A model generated the notes under the pieces. That model ran no database searches, was not told the DNA's origin, and saw only the letters and a list, made by a program, of their open reading frames with translations. Source: a virus (lineage: Duplodnaviria; Caudoviricetes). From it: a stretch of DNA of 25,127 nucleotides. Below are positions 1-8,333 of this stretch, piece after piece. The stretch lies in IMG/VR virus record IMGVR_UViG_3300017747_001290, positions 1-25,127 of that record; one strand, written 5' to 3'. The translations under genes and the position numbers were made by a program. Positions within the stretch are counted from its first letter, which is position 1. The number at the start of each line of letters is the position of its first letter.

Positions 1-177
1 CGTTACAAAGTTGTCCTACAGGTTCACGATGAAGTGGTGATCCTGTGTGATGAAGCCGAGGTTGAGGAAGCCAAGGCGTACATGATCCAGGTCATGTCAA
101 CACCACCGTCATGGGCATTGGACCTACCCGTGGCATGTGAAGCAGATCACGGTCCCAATTATGGAGAGTGCAAGTGA
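1..177 (+). CDS. DNA polymerase family A, C-terminal fragment (5' truncated)
   Basis: Not in the ORF track. Frame 1 reads RYKVVLQVHDEVVILCDE...MSTPPSWALDLPVACEADHGPNYGECK*, giving PolA motif C (VHDE) and a typical phage PolA C-terminus. TGA is at 175-177. Confidence 0.92.
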   Translation, partial: RYKVVLQVHDEVVILCDEAEVEEAKAYMIQVMSTPPSWALDLPVACEADHGPNYGECK

Positions 178-623
178 GTAAGTCGTGGCAGAAGTATTTC
201 ATGGACATGGCCGAGATGGTGGCAACACGGTCGAAGGACCCGAACACCAAGGTGGGCTGCATCGTTACATCAAGTGACAAGGTGGTGGTTGCCAGTGGGT
301 ACAACGGTATCCCCATTGGGGTGCGTGATCTGCCAGAGCGCATGGAGCGCCCGGCTAAGTACCTGTGGACTGCCCATGCTGAGGAGAACGCTGTAGCACA
401 GGCTGCGAAGGTCGGTGCTTCGCTTCGTGGTGGGTATGCCTATGTCACCCATCAGCCCTGTGCGCGCTGCGCCAGGACGCTCATACAGGCTGGGATACAG
501 GTGGTGTACACCGGGGCTGGGCAGACCAACATGCCAGCCGAGGAGTTTGAGGTTGCCAAACAGATGTTTCTCGAAGCTGGGGTGTATGTTATACCCATGG
601 TGTCAGAACCCGAGGAAACCTAA
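174..623 (+). CDS. dCMP deaminase (cytidine/deoxycytidylate deaminase family)
   Basis: Zn-deaminase motifs HAEENA and PCARC, with N-terminal RSKDPNTKVG and SGYNG. Start placed at GTG 174 (GTGA overlap with the pol stop, GGAG upstream); the ORF track uses 168. Confidence 0.92.
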   Translation: MSKSWQKYFMDMAEMVATRSKDPNTKVGCIVTSSDKVVVASGYNGIPIGVRDLPERMERPAKYLWTAHAEENAVAQAAKVGASLRGGYAYVTHQPCARCARTLIQAGIQVVYTGAGQTNMPAEEFEVAKQMFLEAGVYVIPMVSEPEET

Positions 624-1282
624 TGCAGCTCAGCCATTCGTTCTCATCCATCAAGATGTTTGAGAACTGCCCCCTTCGTTACTACCACCAACGTATTGCT
701 AAGACCGTAGTGGACAAAGGGGGCGAGGCTAGTCTGCACGGTGAGCGTATCCATAAGTTCTTGGAAGAACGGCTGAAGGGGGTGATCGAGGAGCTACCCC
801 CCGAAGCTGCCAGCCTTGAGCCCGTGGTTGACACCATCGTGAAGATGATTGGGAGTGGCGCACTTTACGTTGAGCAGGAACTGACGCTCAATCCTGGCCT
901 TGAACCGACCGGATGGTGGGATGCCGATGCTTGGATCAGGTCCAAGCTGGATGTGAACATCATCAAGGGGCAGAGTGCCATCGTGATGGATTGGAAAACC
1001 GGGAAGCGCAGGCCAGACTTTACACAGTTGGAGTTGTTCGCGCTTCAGGTGTTTGCCCACTATCCGGATGTAAACATCGTCACGAGTACCTTTGTCTGGA
1101 CGCAGGAGATGGCTACTGATAAAGAAGTTTACCACAGGCGCGATGCCCACAAGATGTGGGAGAAGCTGCTTGATCGTATTCGCCGCATCGAAGTCTGCGT
1201 GGAGAATGATAATTGGCCAGCCAAACCAAGTGGCCTGTGCCGATTCTGCCCGTGTAAAGATTTCTGCGACTATGCAAAATAG
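623..1282 (+). CDS. Cas4-like PD-(D/E)XK exonuclease
   Basis: N-terminal SFSSIKMFENCP, then G-x-x-x-H (GERIH), E...KLD...DWKTG, QLELF and C-terminal CRFCPCKDFC. The 1+3 Cys layout is typical of Fe-S Cas4/AddB nucleases. Confidence 0.88.
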   Translation: MQLSHSFSSIKMFENCPLRYYHQRIAKTVVDKGGEASLHGERIHKFLEERLKGVIEELPPEAASLEPVVDTIVKMIGSGALYVEQELTLNPGLEPTGWWDADAWIRSKLDVNIIKGQSAIVMDWKTGKRRPDFTQLELFALQVFAHYPDVNIVTSTFVWTQEMATDKEVYHRRDAHKMWEKLLDRIRRIEVCVENDNWPAKPSGLCRFCPCKDFCDYAK

Positions 1283-1291
1283 GAGGGTTAG

Positions 1292-1549
1292 ATGGTTGAA
1301 GTGTCAGGTAAACTAACGCTAGGGTGGCTGGAACCAGAGAAGTTCTTTGCCGTCAACGTACCAGCGCAAGCAGACTGGTCCCATGAGCGTATCCAAACAG
1401 CCTTCGACAAGGTATGGTTTGAGTACGTTTTCTCGGGGCCGCAAGTGGTGATGTTCAAAGGGGCGTCCTATAAAAATAGCGCGGGAGAAGAAGTAAAACT
1501 TGACAACCCTGTAAAGTTAGGGGTATATCATGGCCACACCAGAGAGTAA
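1292..1549 (+). CDS. Hypothetical protein (85 aa)
   Basis: Strong AGGAGG Shine-Dalgarno just upstream; fills the gap between the nuclease and VRR-NUC genes; overlaps the next gene by 20 nt. Confidence 0.7.
   Translation: MVEVSGKLTLGWLEPEKFFAVNVPAQADWSHERIQTAFDKVWFEYVFSGPQVVMFKGASYKNSAGEEVKLDNPVKLGVYHGHTRE
1499..1529 (+). promoter_or_regulatory. Possible sigma70-type promoter
   Basis: Perfect TTGACA at 1500-1505 within CTTGAC-N18-GTATAT. The -10 element is imperfect and lies very close to the ATG at 1530. Confidence 0.3.
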
Positions 1550-1826
1550 GGTTAAGGCTAAAGTTGATAAGATGTTGAGCCAACTAGGTGTTTGGTTCTT
1601 CAGCCCCCAAGCGGGGCCGTTCGGCAGGGCAGGCATCCCTGATCGGATCGTATGTGTAAATGGGCATTTTGTGGGGATCGAGGTAAAGGCAGATGGTAAG
1701 AACAAGCCAACCAAGTTGCAGGTTGACTGCATGGCAAAGATCGAACGGGCAGGCGGCAAATGCTTTGTCGTTTATGACGATGCCACGCTGGCTGAAGCAA
1801 GGGACTACATCCAAGGGCTCGACTGA
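1530..1826 (+). CDS. VRR-NUC domain nuclease (putative Holliday junction resolvase)
   Basis: PESKVK...GIPDRI...FVGIEVK...PTKLQ...I...GG motif set in 98 aa, directly upstream of a SNF2 helicase. Confidence 0.9.
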   Translation: MATPESKVKAKVDKMLSQLGVWFFSPQAGPFGRAGIPDRIVCVNGHFVGIEVKADGKNKPTKLQVDCMAKIERAGGKCFVVYDDATLAEARDYIQGLD

Positions 1827-3376
1827 TGCTGGTGCTTGAGAAGGCCAAGGCGCTCATCCTCAAGCTAAACCATCCTGGCCGGGTATTGGAAGCCATACCC
1901 ACAGCGCAGATGGTCAACGTCAAGGGCAGCGAAGTGGTCGCCGTACCTCATAAGGTACATGAGGTGGCCATCCTGCGGAAGCTGGGGATCGAGGCACCGT
2001 CACCTATCAACCACTACTATGAGTGGCCGGGTCGGTTCAAACCTTACGACCACCAGCGGGAGACTGCTGCCTTCCTGACCTACCACAAGAAGGCATTGGT
2101 GCTGAACGAGATCGGTACTGGCAAGACCCAGAGTGCGCTGTGGGCGGCTGACTACCTGATGCGTACAGGCAGCATTGGTAAAGTGCTGATCATCTCTCCC
2201 CTGTCCACACTCGACCGGGTGTGGGGTGACGCTATCTTCATGGGGTTCCCTGACCGCAAGGGTGTGGTGCTGCATGGCACGGCTGAGCGGCGTAAGAAAC
2301 TGCTCAAGACTGACGCTGACTTCTTCATAATAAACCATGACGGGTTTCCCATCATCGCTGAAGATGCCATGGGTATGTTCGATCTGGTTATCGTGGATGA
2401 GGCAGCGGTGCTGCGTACCCCCGGCACGACCCGGTTCAAGATATTCAGGAAGTGGATGGACAAGAACCCGGACACACACCTGTGGCTCATGACCGGGACA
2501 CCGACACCCAACGAACCGACTGACGCTTGGGCCTTGGCCAAGCTGGTTGATAGCCCCTTCTGCACTCAGACCTACACGGCGTTCCGTGATCAGGTGATGT
2601 ATAAGCAGGGTCAGTATCGTTGGTTGCCAAGGCCCGGTAGCGTTGAGACTGTGTACCACATCCTGCATCCATCGGTACGGTACACTCGGGATGAATGCTT
2701 CGATCTTCCTGACACTATCGTACAGACAAGACAGGTAGAGCTGACACCAGATCAGAAGAAGCACTACGCCACCATGATGCGCCATCTCATGACGGAAGTG
2801 GCAGAGGAAGGCAGCACGATCACGGCGGTGAACGAAGCGGTCAAGGTGCAGAAGCTGGTTCAGATCGCCTGCGGTGTGGCCTATGATGAGAACGGCAACA
2901 ACGTAGAGCTCGACTGCTCACCGCGCCTCAACGCTGTGAAGGAGATCATTGAGGAGGCAGGGCAGAAGGTGATCATCTTCGTCCCGCTGACCGGTACTCT
3001 GTATATGTTAGAGCGTGAGCTTAGTAAGCGTTGGTCTGTCGCTGTGGTGAACGGCGCGGTCAGTTCTTCTGAGCGGTCAACCATCTTCAAGAATTTTCAG
3101 GATGCGCGTGATCCACACGTGTTGATTGCCCATCCTGCTACAATGGCTCATGGCTTGACACTTACCGCTGCCAGTACTGTGATCTGGTATGGGCCGGTGA
3201 CAAGCAACGAGCAGTACGTTCAAGCCAATGGACGGATTGAACGTATTGGTAAGAGGAATGTGTCGAACGTCATCCACATTGAAGCCACCGAGCTTGAACA
3301 TAAGATGTACGAACGGCTCAAGGGGAAGCAGCGGCTCCAAGGGTTGCTGCTGGAATTGATACAACAAACGAGGTGA
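1826..3376 (+). CDS. SNF2-like superfamily 2 DNA helicase
   Basis: PYDHQ (Q motif), GTGKT (Walker A), VDEA (Walker B), MTGTP (motif III), HGLTLT (V), QANGRIERIG (VI). Confidence 0.93.
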   Translation: MLVLEKAKALILKLNHPGRVLEAIPTAQMVNVKGSEVVAVPHKVHEVAILRKLGIEAPSPINHYYEWPGRFKPYDHQRETAAFLTYHKKALVLNEIGTGKTQSALWAADYLMRTGSIGKVLIISPLSTLDRVWGDAIFMGFPDRKGVVLHGTAERRKKLLKTDADFFIINHDGFPIIAEDAMGMFDLVIVDEAAVLRTPGTTRFKIFRKWMDKNPDTHLWLMTGTPTPNEPTDAWALAKLVDSPFCTQTYTAFRDQVMYKQGQYRWLPRPGSVETVYHILHPSVRYTRDECFDLPDTIVQTRQVELTPDQKKHYATMMRHLMTEVAEEGSTITAVNEAVKVQKLVQIACGVAYDENGNNVELDCSPRLNAVKEIIEEAGQKVIIFVPLTGTLYMLERELSKRWSVAVVNGAVSSSERSTIFKNFQDARDPHVLIAHPATMAHGLTLTAASTVIWYGPVTSNEQYVQANGRIERIGKRNVSNVIHIEATELEHKMYERLKGKQRLQGLLLELIQQTR

Positions 3377-3378
3377 AC

Positions 3379-3786
3379 ATGGCAGAACTTACAGTTGATA
3401 AAGTTGTCGCCGGGTACATCGCCCTGCGGCAGCAGAAGCAAACCATTGAGCGTGAGGCTGAAGAAAAGGTCAACGCGGTCAAGGCCAAGATGGTTAAGAT
3501 CGAAGCGTGGATACTTGAGCAAGCCAATGCCCAAGGGGTTACGTCATTCAAGACAAACCACGGCACGGCGTTCGTAACCACGACCGACTTTGCCAACGTG
3601 GCTGATTGGGATGCTGTGCTGACTTACATCAAGGACAACGGAGCGTTCGATCTTCTTGAGCGTAGGGTCAGCAAGACAGCGGTGCGCGGTTACATCGAAG
3701 CGCGTGGCGCAGTTCCATCCGGTGTGAACTACGGCACCAAGTTGGAAGTAAACATTCGCAAACCCACAGCAAAGGGAGAGGACTGA
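3379..3786 (+). CDS. Phage replication-module protein with N-terminal coiled coil, function unknown
   Basis: GAGG Shine-Dalgarno before ATG 3379 (alternative start GTG 3373). A helical N-terminus is followed by ANVADWDAVL...DLLERRVSK...VPSGV, loosely similar to Gam/Gp157-like architecture. Confidence 0.8.
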   Translation: MAELTVDKVVAGYIALRQQKQTIEREAEEKVNAVKAKMVKIEAWILEQANAQGVTSFKTNHGTAFVTTTDFANVADWDAVLTYIKDNGAFDLLERRVSKTAVRGYIEARGAVPSGVNYGTKLEVNIRKPTAKGED

Positions 3787-4130
3787 TGATAGGTGAATGG
3801 ATAGTACGCCAAATCCGCAAAGCTGAGAAACGGAGATCAAGAAACCAGCCGGAGCCGGATGGGTTGGTCCAACCAAACATCCTTACAGGCACACCATCTA
3901 TATCGGTGTACCGGATTTCAAACGGCTTCTTGCTGTCATCAAACAGCCCAGGAAGATACGAGCATACCATGGTGTACTGCAAGGAAGTTGGTGAGATCGG
4001 AGATCAGATCGTTACACTTCACGCGCGTGAAGCGATGGGCGTACCAAGCCACGTGAATATCAGCGCAAGCGGTGGCGGCGGTTCTACGTTTGCCGCTTAC
4101 CCAATTAACGTACCTAAACAACGTATCTAA
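3786..4130 (+). CDS. Hypothetical protein (114 aa)
   Basis: TGATG coupling with the upstream gene, GGGAGAGG upstream, and it fills the operon gap. Confidence 0.72.
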   Translation: MIGEWIVRQIRKAEKRRSRNQPEPDGLVQPNILTGTPSISVYRISNGFLLSSNSPGRYEHTMVYCKEVGEIGDQIVTLHAREAMGVPSHVNISASGGGGSTFAAYPINVPKQRI

Positions 4131-4152
4131 CCGCTCATAACAGGAGAAACCC

Positions 4153-5133
4153 ATGAGCAACATTATCCCTGCTAATCTGCAAGTCCCGGCGCACCTCGCG
4201 TCTCGTATTGGTAAGCCCTCTGCCTTGGCACAAGCCCTGGCTGGCGGTATCTCTAGCGGCGGTGACTTCCCCCGCATCTCCATCAAGGGCGCACGTTTCC
4301 GTATCGTGGAAGGCGGCGCTGAGACTGTACTGAACCAGACCACGCTTGATGTTATCGTGGTGGGCGCCAACCCCCGCCTGTCTAAAGTTTGGTATGGTAA
4401 GGAGTGGAACAAGGATAGCGAACCTACCGCCCCTGACTGCTACTCCTTGGACGGTGTGAGCCCACACCCGGATGCAACCAACCCGCAATGTGATCTGTGT
4501 GCGTCCTGCCCGCATAACGCATGGGGTTCCAAGATCGCTCCGAATGGGCAGCAACTGAAGGCTTGTTCAGATAAGAAGCGCCTTGCCGTGGTTGCTGCTG
4601 ATGATGCCGAGGGTCCGGTTTATCTGTTGGAAGTCACCCCGGCTGCGATAAAGGGGCTGAACGCCTACCAGAAAGAACTGTCCATGCGCGGCATCGCGCC
4701 TGAGATCGTGCGTACTCGGGTGTCCTTTGACACGGATGCGTCCTTCCCGAAGCTGAAGTTTGGGCTTGGCGGGTTCTTGGATGAAGCCACCATGGCTGCT
4801 GTCGATGACCTGTTCGGGTCGGATAAGGTGAAGGAGATCACGGGTGAAGTACAGGCTGAGAAGCCTGCGGCGCTGCCCCCTCCGGCCCCCCGCCCTGCCC
4901 CGGTTCGTCAAGCCGCGCCTGCCCCGGCACCGGAGCCGGAAGCTGAGGAAGAACCCGCCCCTCAACCCAAGGCACGTGGGTTCGGTGCGGCCAAGCCTGC
5001 GGCTGCTACCCCTGCTGCCAAGCCTGCGGCTGCGAAGCCTGCGGCCAAGCCTGCCCCGGCTGTGACTGCTGGTGTCGATCTGGCTGATGAGATCAGTAAT
5101 ATGCTCAGCGGGCTGGGAGCGGATGATGCCTGA
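4153..5133 (+). CDS. Putative single-stranded DNA-binding protein with Cys (Zn) cluster and Pro/Ala/Lys-rich tail
   Basis: AGGAG Shine-Dalgarno; PDC...CDLCASCPHNAWGS...KAC motif; beta-rich core; long low-complexity linker; acidic C-terminus (GADDA). The SSB function is inferred from architecture and gene context. Confidence 0.7.
   Translation: MSNIIPANLQVPAHLASRIGKPSALAQALAGGISSGGDFPRISIKGARFRIVEGGAETVLNQTTLDVIVVGANPRLSKVWYGKEWNKDSEPTAPDCYSLDGVSPHPDATNPQCDLCASCPHNAWGSKIAPNGQQLKACSDKKRLAVVAADDAEGPVYLLEVTPAAIKGLNAYQKELSMRGIAPEIVRTRVSFDTDASFPKLKFGLGGFLDEATMAAVDDLFGSDKVKEITGEVQAEKPAALPPPAPRPAPVRQAAPAPAPEPEAEEEPAPQPKARGFGAAKPAAATPAAKPAAAKPAAKPAPAVTAGVDLADEISNMLSGLGADDA
4985..5062 (+). repeat. Imperfect coding tandem repeat (AAGCCTGCGGC units encoding AKPAA)
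   Basis: Protein AAKPAAATPAAKPAAAKPAAKPAPA has four AKPA units, and aagcctgc recurs in the DNA. Confidence 0.8.
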
Positions 5134-5407
5134 CAGCGTTGACTTTAACAAAGTCGAGGCGCTGCGTAAGCACATGCTGATAACAACTCGGGAGATGGCT
5201 GAGCTATTCGGCGTCTCTCGGGTGACCTATCACGGCTGGGTGAGAGGGCAGTCTCTCCGGCAGAAAAATCTTGAGCATGTCACCTCGATGGTACGTATTC
5301 TACTGGCAGTAATGCGTGACCATGGATGGCCATCAAGAGAAATTGCTGGTCTGCCACAGGTTATGCGTAAGCACAGGTTGCTTGCTCTAGTAGCTGAGTA
5401 TCAATAG
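5126..5407 (+). CDS. XRE/Cro-like helix-turn-helix DNA-binding protein
   Basis: LRKHMLITTREMAELFGVSRVTYHGWVRG is a classic HTH pattern. GGGAG at 5115-5119 supports ATG 5126 rather than 5072. Confidence 0.85.
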   Translation: MPDSVDFNKVEALRKHMLITTREMAELFGVSRVTYHGWVRGQSLRQKNLEHVTSMVRILLAVMRDHGWPSREIAGLPQVMRKHRLLALVAEYQ

Positions 5408-5412
5408 ACTAT

Positions 5413-5434
5413 GGAGGGGGAGCAATCCCCCTCC
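5413..5434. other. Perfect 9-bp stem-loop with GCAA tetraloop
   Basis: GGAGGGGGA-GCAA-TCCCCCTCC lies in the intergenic gap before the primase gene; no U-tract follows. Confidence 0.8.
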
Positions 5435-5465
5435 TCACGGAGTTGGACAAAGGTAGGGGTAGGTT

Positions 5466-8318
5466 ATGGATACGCTTGAGTTTCTTCGGCGGGTCCTTCC
5501 GTCCGAGGGCTACGTTGTTTCTATCACAATCAACAACGGGCAGGTCCCCAGGCAGGGGTTCCACGCTGACATTGACGCATTGGCAACCAGCATCGCGGCG
5601 CTGAGCCAAGCGGGTAACAACGTCTATTATGCCGTGGCATCCTTTGTGGATAAGAAGGCTGGTCGCAAGCAGGATAACGTGCATCTCATCAAGGCGCTGT
5701 ACCTTGATGTGGACTGCGGGCCGGGCAAGCCATTCCCCACTTGGAAGGAAGGGCTTCGCGCCGTTGGCGAGTTTGTTGCTGTCAACAAGTTACCAAGACC
5801 CATGATCGTCGCATCCGGCAACGGACTGCACGTGTACTGGGTATTAGACCGCGACCTGACGCAAGATGAATGGCACCCTCTGGCACTCAGCCTGAAGGCC
5901 ATGATCCCCACCAAGGACGGGCGACCCGTGTTCGACCCTGCGGTTCCGGCTGATAGCGCCCGAGTGCTGCGCCCGGTGGGTACGGTCAACCCCAAGGGTG
6001 GCGGTGATGTTCGCATCCTATTCGATGCAGACCCGGTTGATGTGGATACCATGCGTGGCATCCTTGGCCATGCTGCGCCCGCTGTCGTTGCACAGCCAGC
6101 CCGGTCATCGCTGTTAGATGCCATGGCGGTGAAGCAGGAGTACCCGCCAGCCAACCCTGATACCCTGGTCGAGAAGTGCGCTCAGATCGCATGGGCGGTG
6201 CAGAACCAAGACTCAGTACATGAGCCGCTGTGGTATGCCCTGATGGGTGTGGCTGCGTTCTGCTCGGACCCGGAGCAGACCGCTAAATCATGGAGCGAAA
6301 ACCATTCAGACTATGATGAGGACCACACGCTTCGCAAGGTAAATCAATGGCGCAATAGCGCCACCGGACCAACCACTTGCAGCAAGTTTCAGCAGGAACG
6401 CCCTGACGGATGCAAGGGCTGTAAGCTCCTTGGTAAGATCACCACTCCGGTCAGGCTGGCATTGGAATACGCAGCGGCACCGCCGCCCGTAGATACACCA
6501 GACCAGATCGTGCAGAACCCGCCCAGACCATTCAAGTGGCGCGAAGGCGGCGGGCTTCGGATCACCATAGATAAGTCCGATGTGGACGTATGCACCTTCG
6601 ATATATACCCGGTCAGCTACGGTAGGGATGAGTCCCTTGGGTATGAGACTGTGCGGTACCGTTGGAACCGCCCTCACGTTGGCTGGCAAACCCTGAGCTT
6701 CAGGCAGTCATTGCTGGCTGAGTTCTCAGTCAAGGACTTCGCTACCACCATCGCAGACCAGGGCATTGTCCTCCCTACCAAAAGGCAGACGGAGCTATTT
6801 CAAATGATGTTGCGGTCCTACATGGAAGAACTGCGGCAGCTCAAGACAGTCACCAACCTATACGCCACGATGGGCTGGAAGCAGAACAACAGCGAGTTTC
6901 TGTTGGGCGACACCCTGTTCAGGCGGAACGATGATGGCTCCGTAGTGACTGAGCCGGTCACCCTTGCGGTCAGTTCCCAACGTATTAGTGAGAACCTGTA
7001 CACCACATCCGGTACGCTCGAAGCATGGGTGAAGTTCACCTCCGTGCTAGAGAAAGCCGTGATGCCAACGCACCAGTTTGCCTTGATGGTATCCATGGCT
7101 GCGCCGCTGTTCGGACACACGGGCCTAAAGGGCCTGACACTCAGCCTCTATGGACCCACAGGGGCGGGCAAAACGCTGGCTCAGTATTGGCAGCAGTCAG
7201 TATGGGGTGACCCGCTCAAACTGCACTACACAGCCAAGTTCACGCAGAACGCCATGTTTGCCAGGATCGGTTTCTATAACAACCTGCCAGTAACCATTGA
7301 CGAAGCCACCATGTTACCAGCCAAGGAGGTGGGTGACTTCTTATACTGGATTTCACAGGGACGGGATAAGGCCCGCCTGTCACGGTCTGCTGAGGAACGG
7401 GACGCTAAGACCTGGGCTACTATTGTCACTACATCCTCCAACCGTTCGCTGGCCTCCATGCTGGCAGCTAGTGGGCTTGAGACAGACGCGCAGATGGCGC
7501 GGCTATTGGAGCTTACGGTGCCAGCGCACCCGCTGTTTACCCGCAGCACGGATGCCGGGCAGAAGATGTACAGCTTCCTCTCCACCAACTATGGCACGGC
7601 TGGCCGGGTGATCATCCAGCACCTCATGGAGCTTGGTGAGCAGGGTATCCTAGCTGCGCTCGAACACCACAGGCAGGTATTCAACAAACAATACGGCGCG
7701 AATTTTTCCGGTAGTGAGCGGTATTGGGAACAATGTATCCTGTGCGCCGACTTCATGGGCAAAACAGCTACAAATTTAGGGCTGATTCAGTTCGACTACC
7801 GCAACGCAACTGCTCACGTAATAGCTCAGACCGGAGCGATGCGGAAAGCGGTGGCTGAGAACCACGCTGACTCCTTCGACCTACTGGCTGAATACCTGAA
7901 CGAGCAGTCGCACACAGCTCTGACCATAACCCATGTGGCCAACACCTCTCAGCAAGTTGTGGATACGAACCGTATGCCAAGGGGTGAGGTGCATATCCGC
8001 TACGACCTGTACCGCCCCAACCAGGGTGCGCCGCTCAACAACGGTGCCATCACCATAGACAGGCGGCACTTCAAGAAGTGGCTGGCTACCCGTGGCGGTG
8101 ACTACCGCTCACTTGTTGAGGACATGACCCGCGAAGGTATCAATGCCACCCCGCCATCAGAGAAGGGCTACCTCGGGCGGGGGACCAACATCAAGCTAGG
8201 CCAGCAGTACGTACTGGCGATCAACGTCAACCATCCGCGCCTCATTGGCATCCTGACCAATGAGGATAACAAGACGGTGAACGCTCAGCTCAACGTCATC
8301 CAAGGGGGAGTACCCTGA
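5466..8318 (+). CDS. Primase-helicase (AEP/RepB-like primase, PriCT-like region, DUF927, P-loop helicase)
   Basis: LYLDVD, SGNGLHVYW and D..RVLRPVGTVNPK (AEP motifs); EPLWY...WS...YDE (PriCT-like); TTC...CKGC; GWK...FLLG (DUF927-like); GPTGAGKT (Walker A); VTIDE (Walker B); TSSN. Confidence 0.9.
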   Translation: MDTLEFLRRVLPSEGYVVSITINNGQVPRQGFHADIDALATSIAALSQAGNNVYYAVASFVDKKAGRKQDNVHLIKALYLDVDCGPGKPFPTWKEGLRAVGEFVAVNKLPRPMIVASGNGLHVYWVLDRDLTQDEWHPLALSLKAMIPTKDGRPVFDPAVPADSARVLRPVGTVNPKGGGDVRILFDADPVDVDTMRGILGHAAPAVVAQPARSSLLDAMAVKQEYPPANPDTLVEKCAQIAWAVQNQDSVHEPLWYALMGVAAFCSDPEQTAKSWSENHSDYDEDHTLRKVNQWRNSATGPTTCSKFQQERPDGCKGCKLLGKITTPVRLALEYAAAPPPVDTPDQIVQNPPRPFKWREGGGLRITIDKSDVDVCTFDIYPVSYGRDESLGYETVRYRWNRPHVGWQTLSFRQSLLAEFSVKDFATTIADQGIVLPTKRQTELFQMMLRSYMEELRQLKTVTNLYATMGWKQNNSEFLLGDTLFRRNDDGSVVTEPVTLAVSSQRISENLYTTSGTLEAWVKFTSVLEKAVMPTHQFALMVSMAAPLFGHTGLKGLTLSLYGPTGAGKTLAQYWQQSVWGDPLKLHYTAKFTQNAMFARIGFYNNLPVTIDEATMLPAKEVGDFLYWISQGRDKARLSRSAEERDAKTWATIVTTSSNRSLASMLAASGLETDAQMARLLELTVPAHPLFTRSTDAGQKMYSFLSTNYGTAGRVIIQHLMELGEQGILAALEHHRQVFNKQYGANFSGSERYWEQCILCADFMGKTATNLGLIQFDYRNATAHVIAQTGAMRKAVAENHADSFDLLAEYLNEQSHTALTITHVANTSQQVVDTNRMPRGEVHIRYDLYRPNQGAPLNNGAITIDRRHFKKWLATRGGDYRSLVEDMTREGINATPPSEKGYLGRGTNIKLGQQYVLAINVNHPRLIGILTNEDNKTVNAQLNVIQGGVP

Positions 8319-8333
8319 CCTATTCGGTCAGGG
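8313..8333. terminator. Hairpin at the convergent junction, possible bidirectional terminator or pause
   Basis: CCCTGACC-TATTC-GGTCAGGG forms an 8-bp perfect stem covering both stop codons. No U-tracts. Confidence 0.5.

Noticed and set aside
623-1282. Cas4 as part of a CRISPR-Cas system
   Set aside because: No repeat-spacer array or other cas genes are visible; solo Cas4-like nucleases are usual in phage replication modules.
2000-2785. 261-aa antisense ORF, and similar ones such as 4567-5175, 10561-11166 and 13765-14361
   Set aside because: They lie opposite well-supported genes and show no recognisable motifs; typical shadow ORFs of GC-rich coding DNA.
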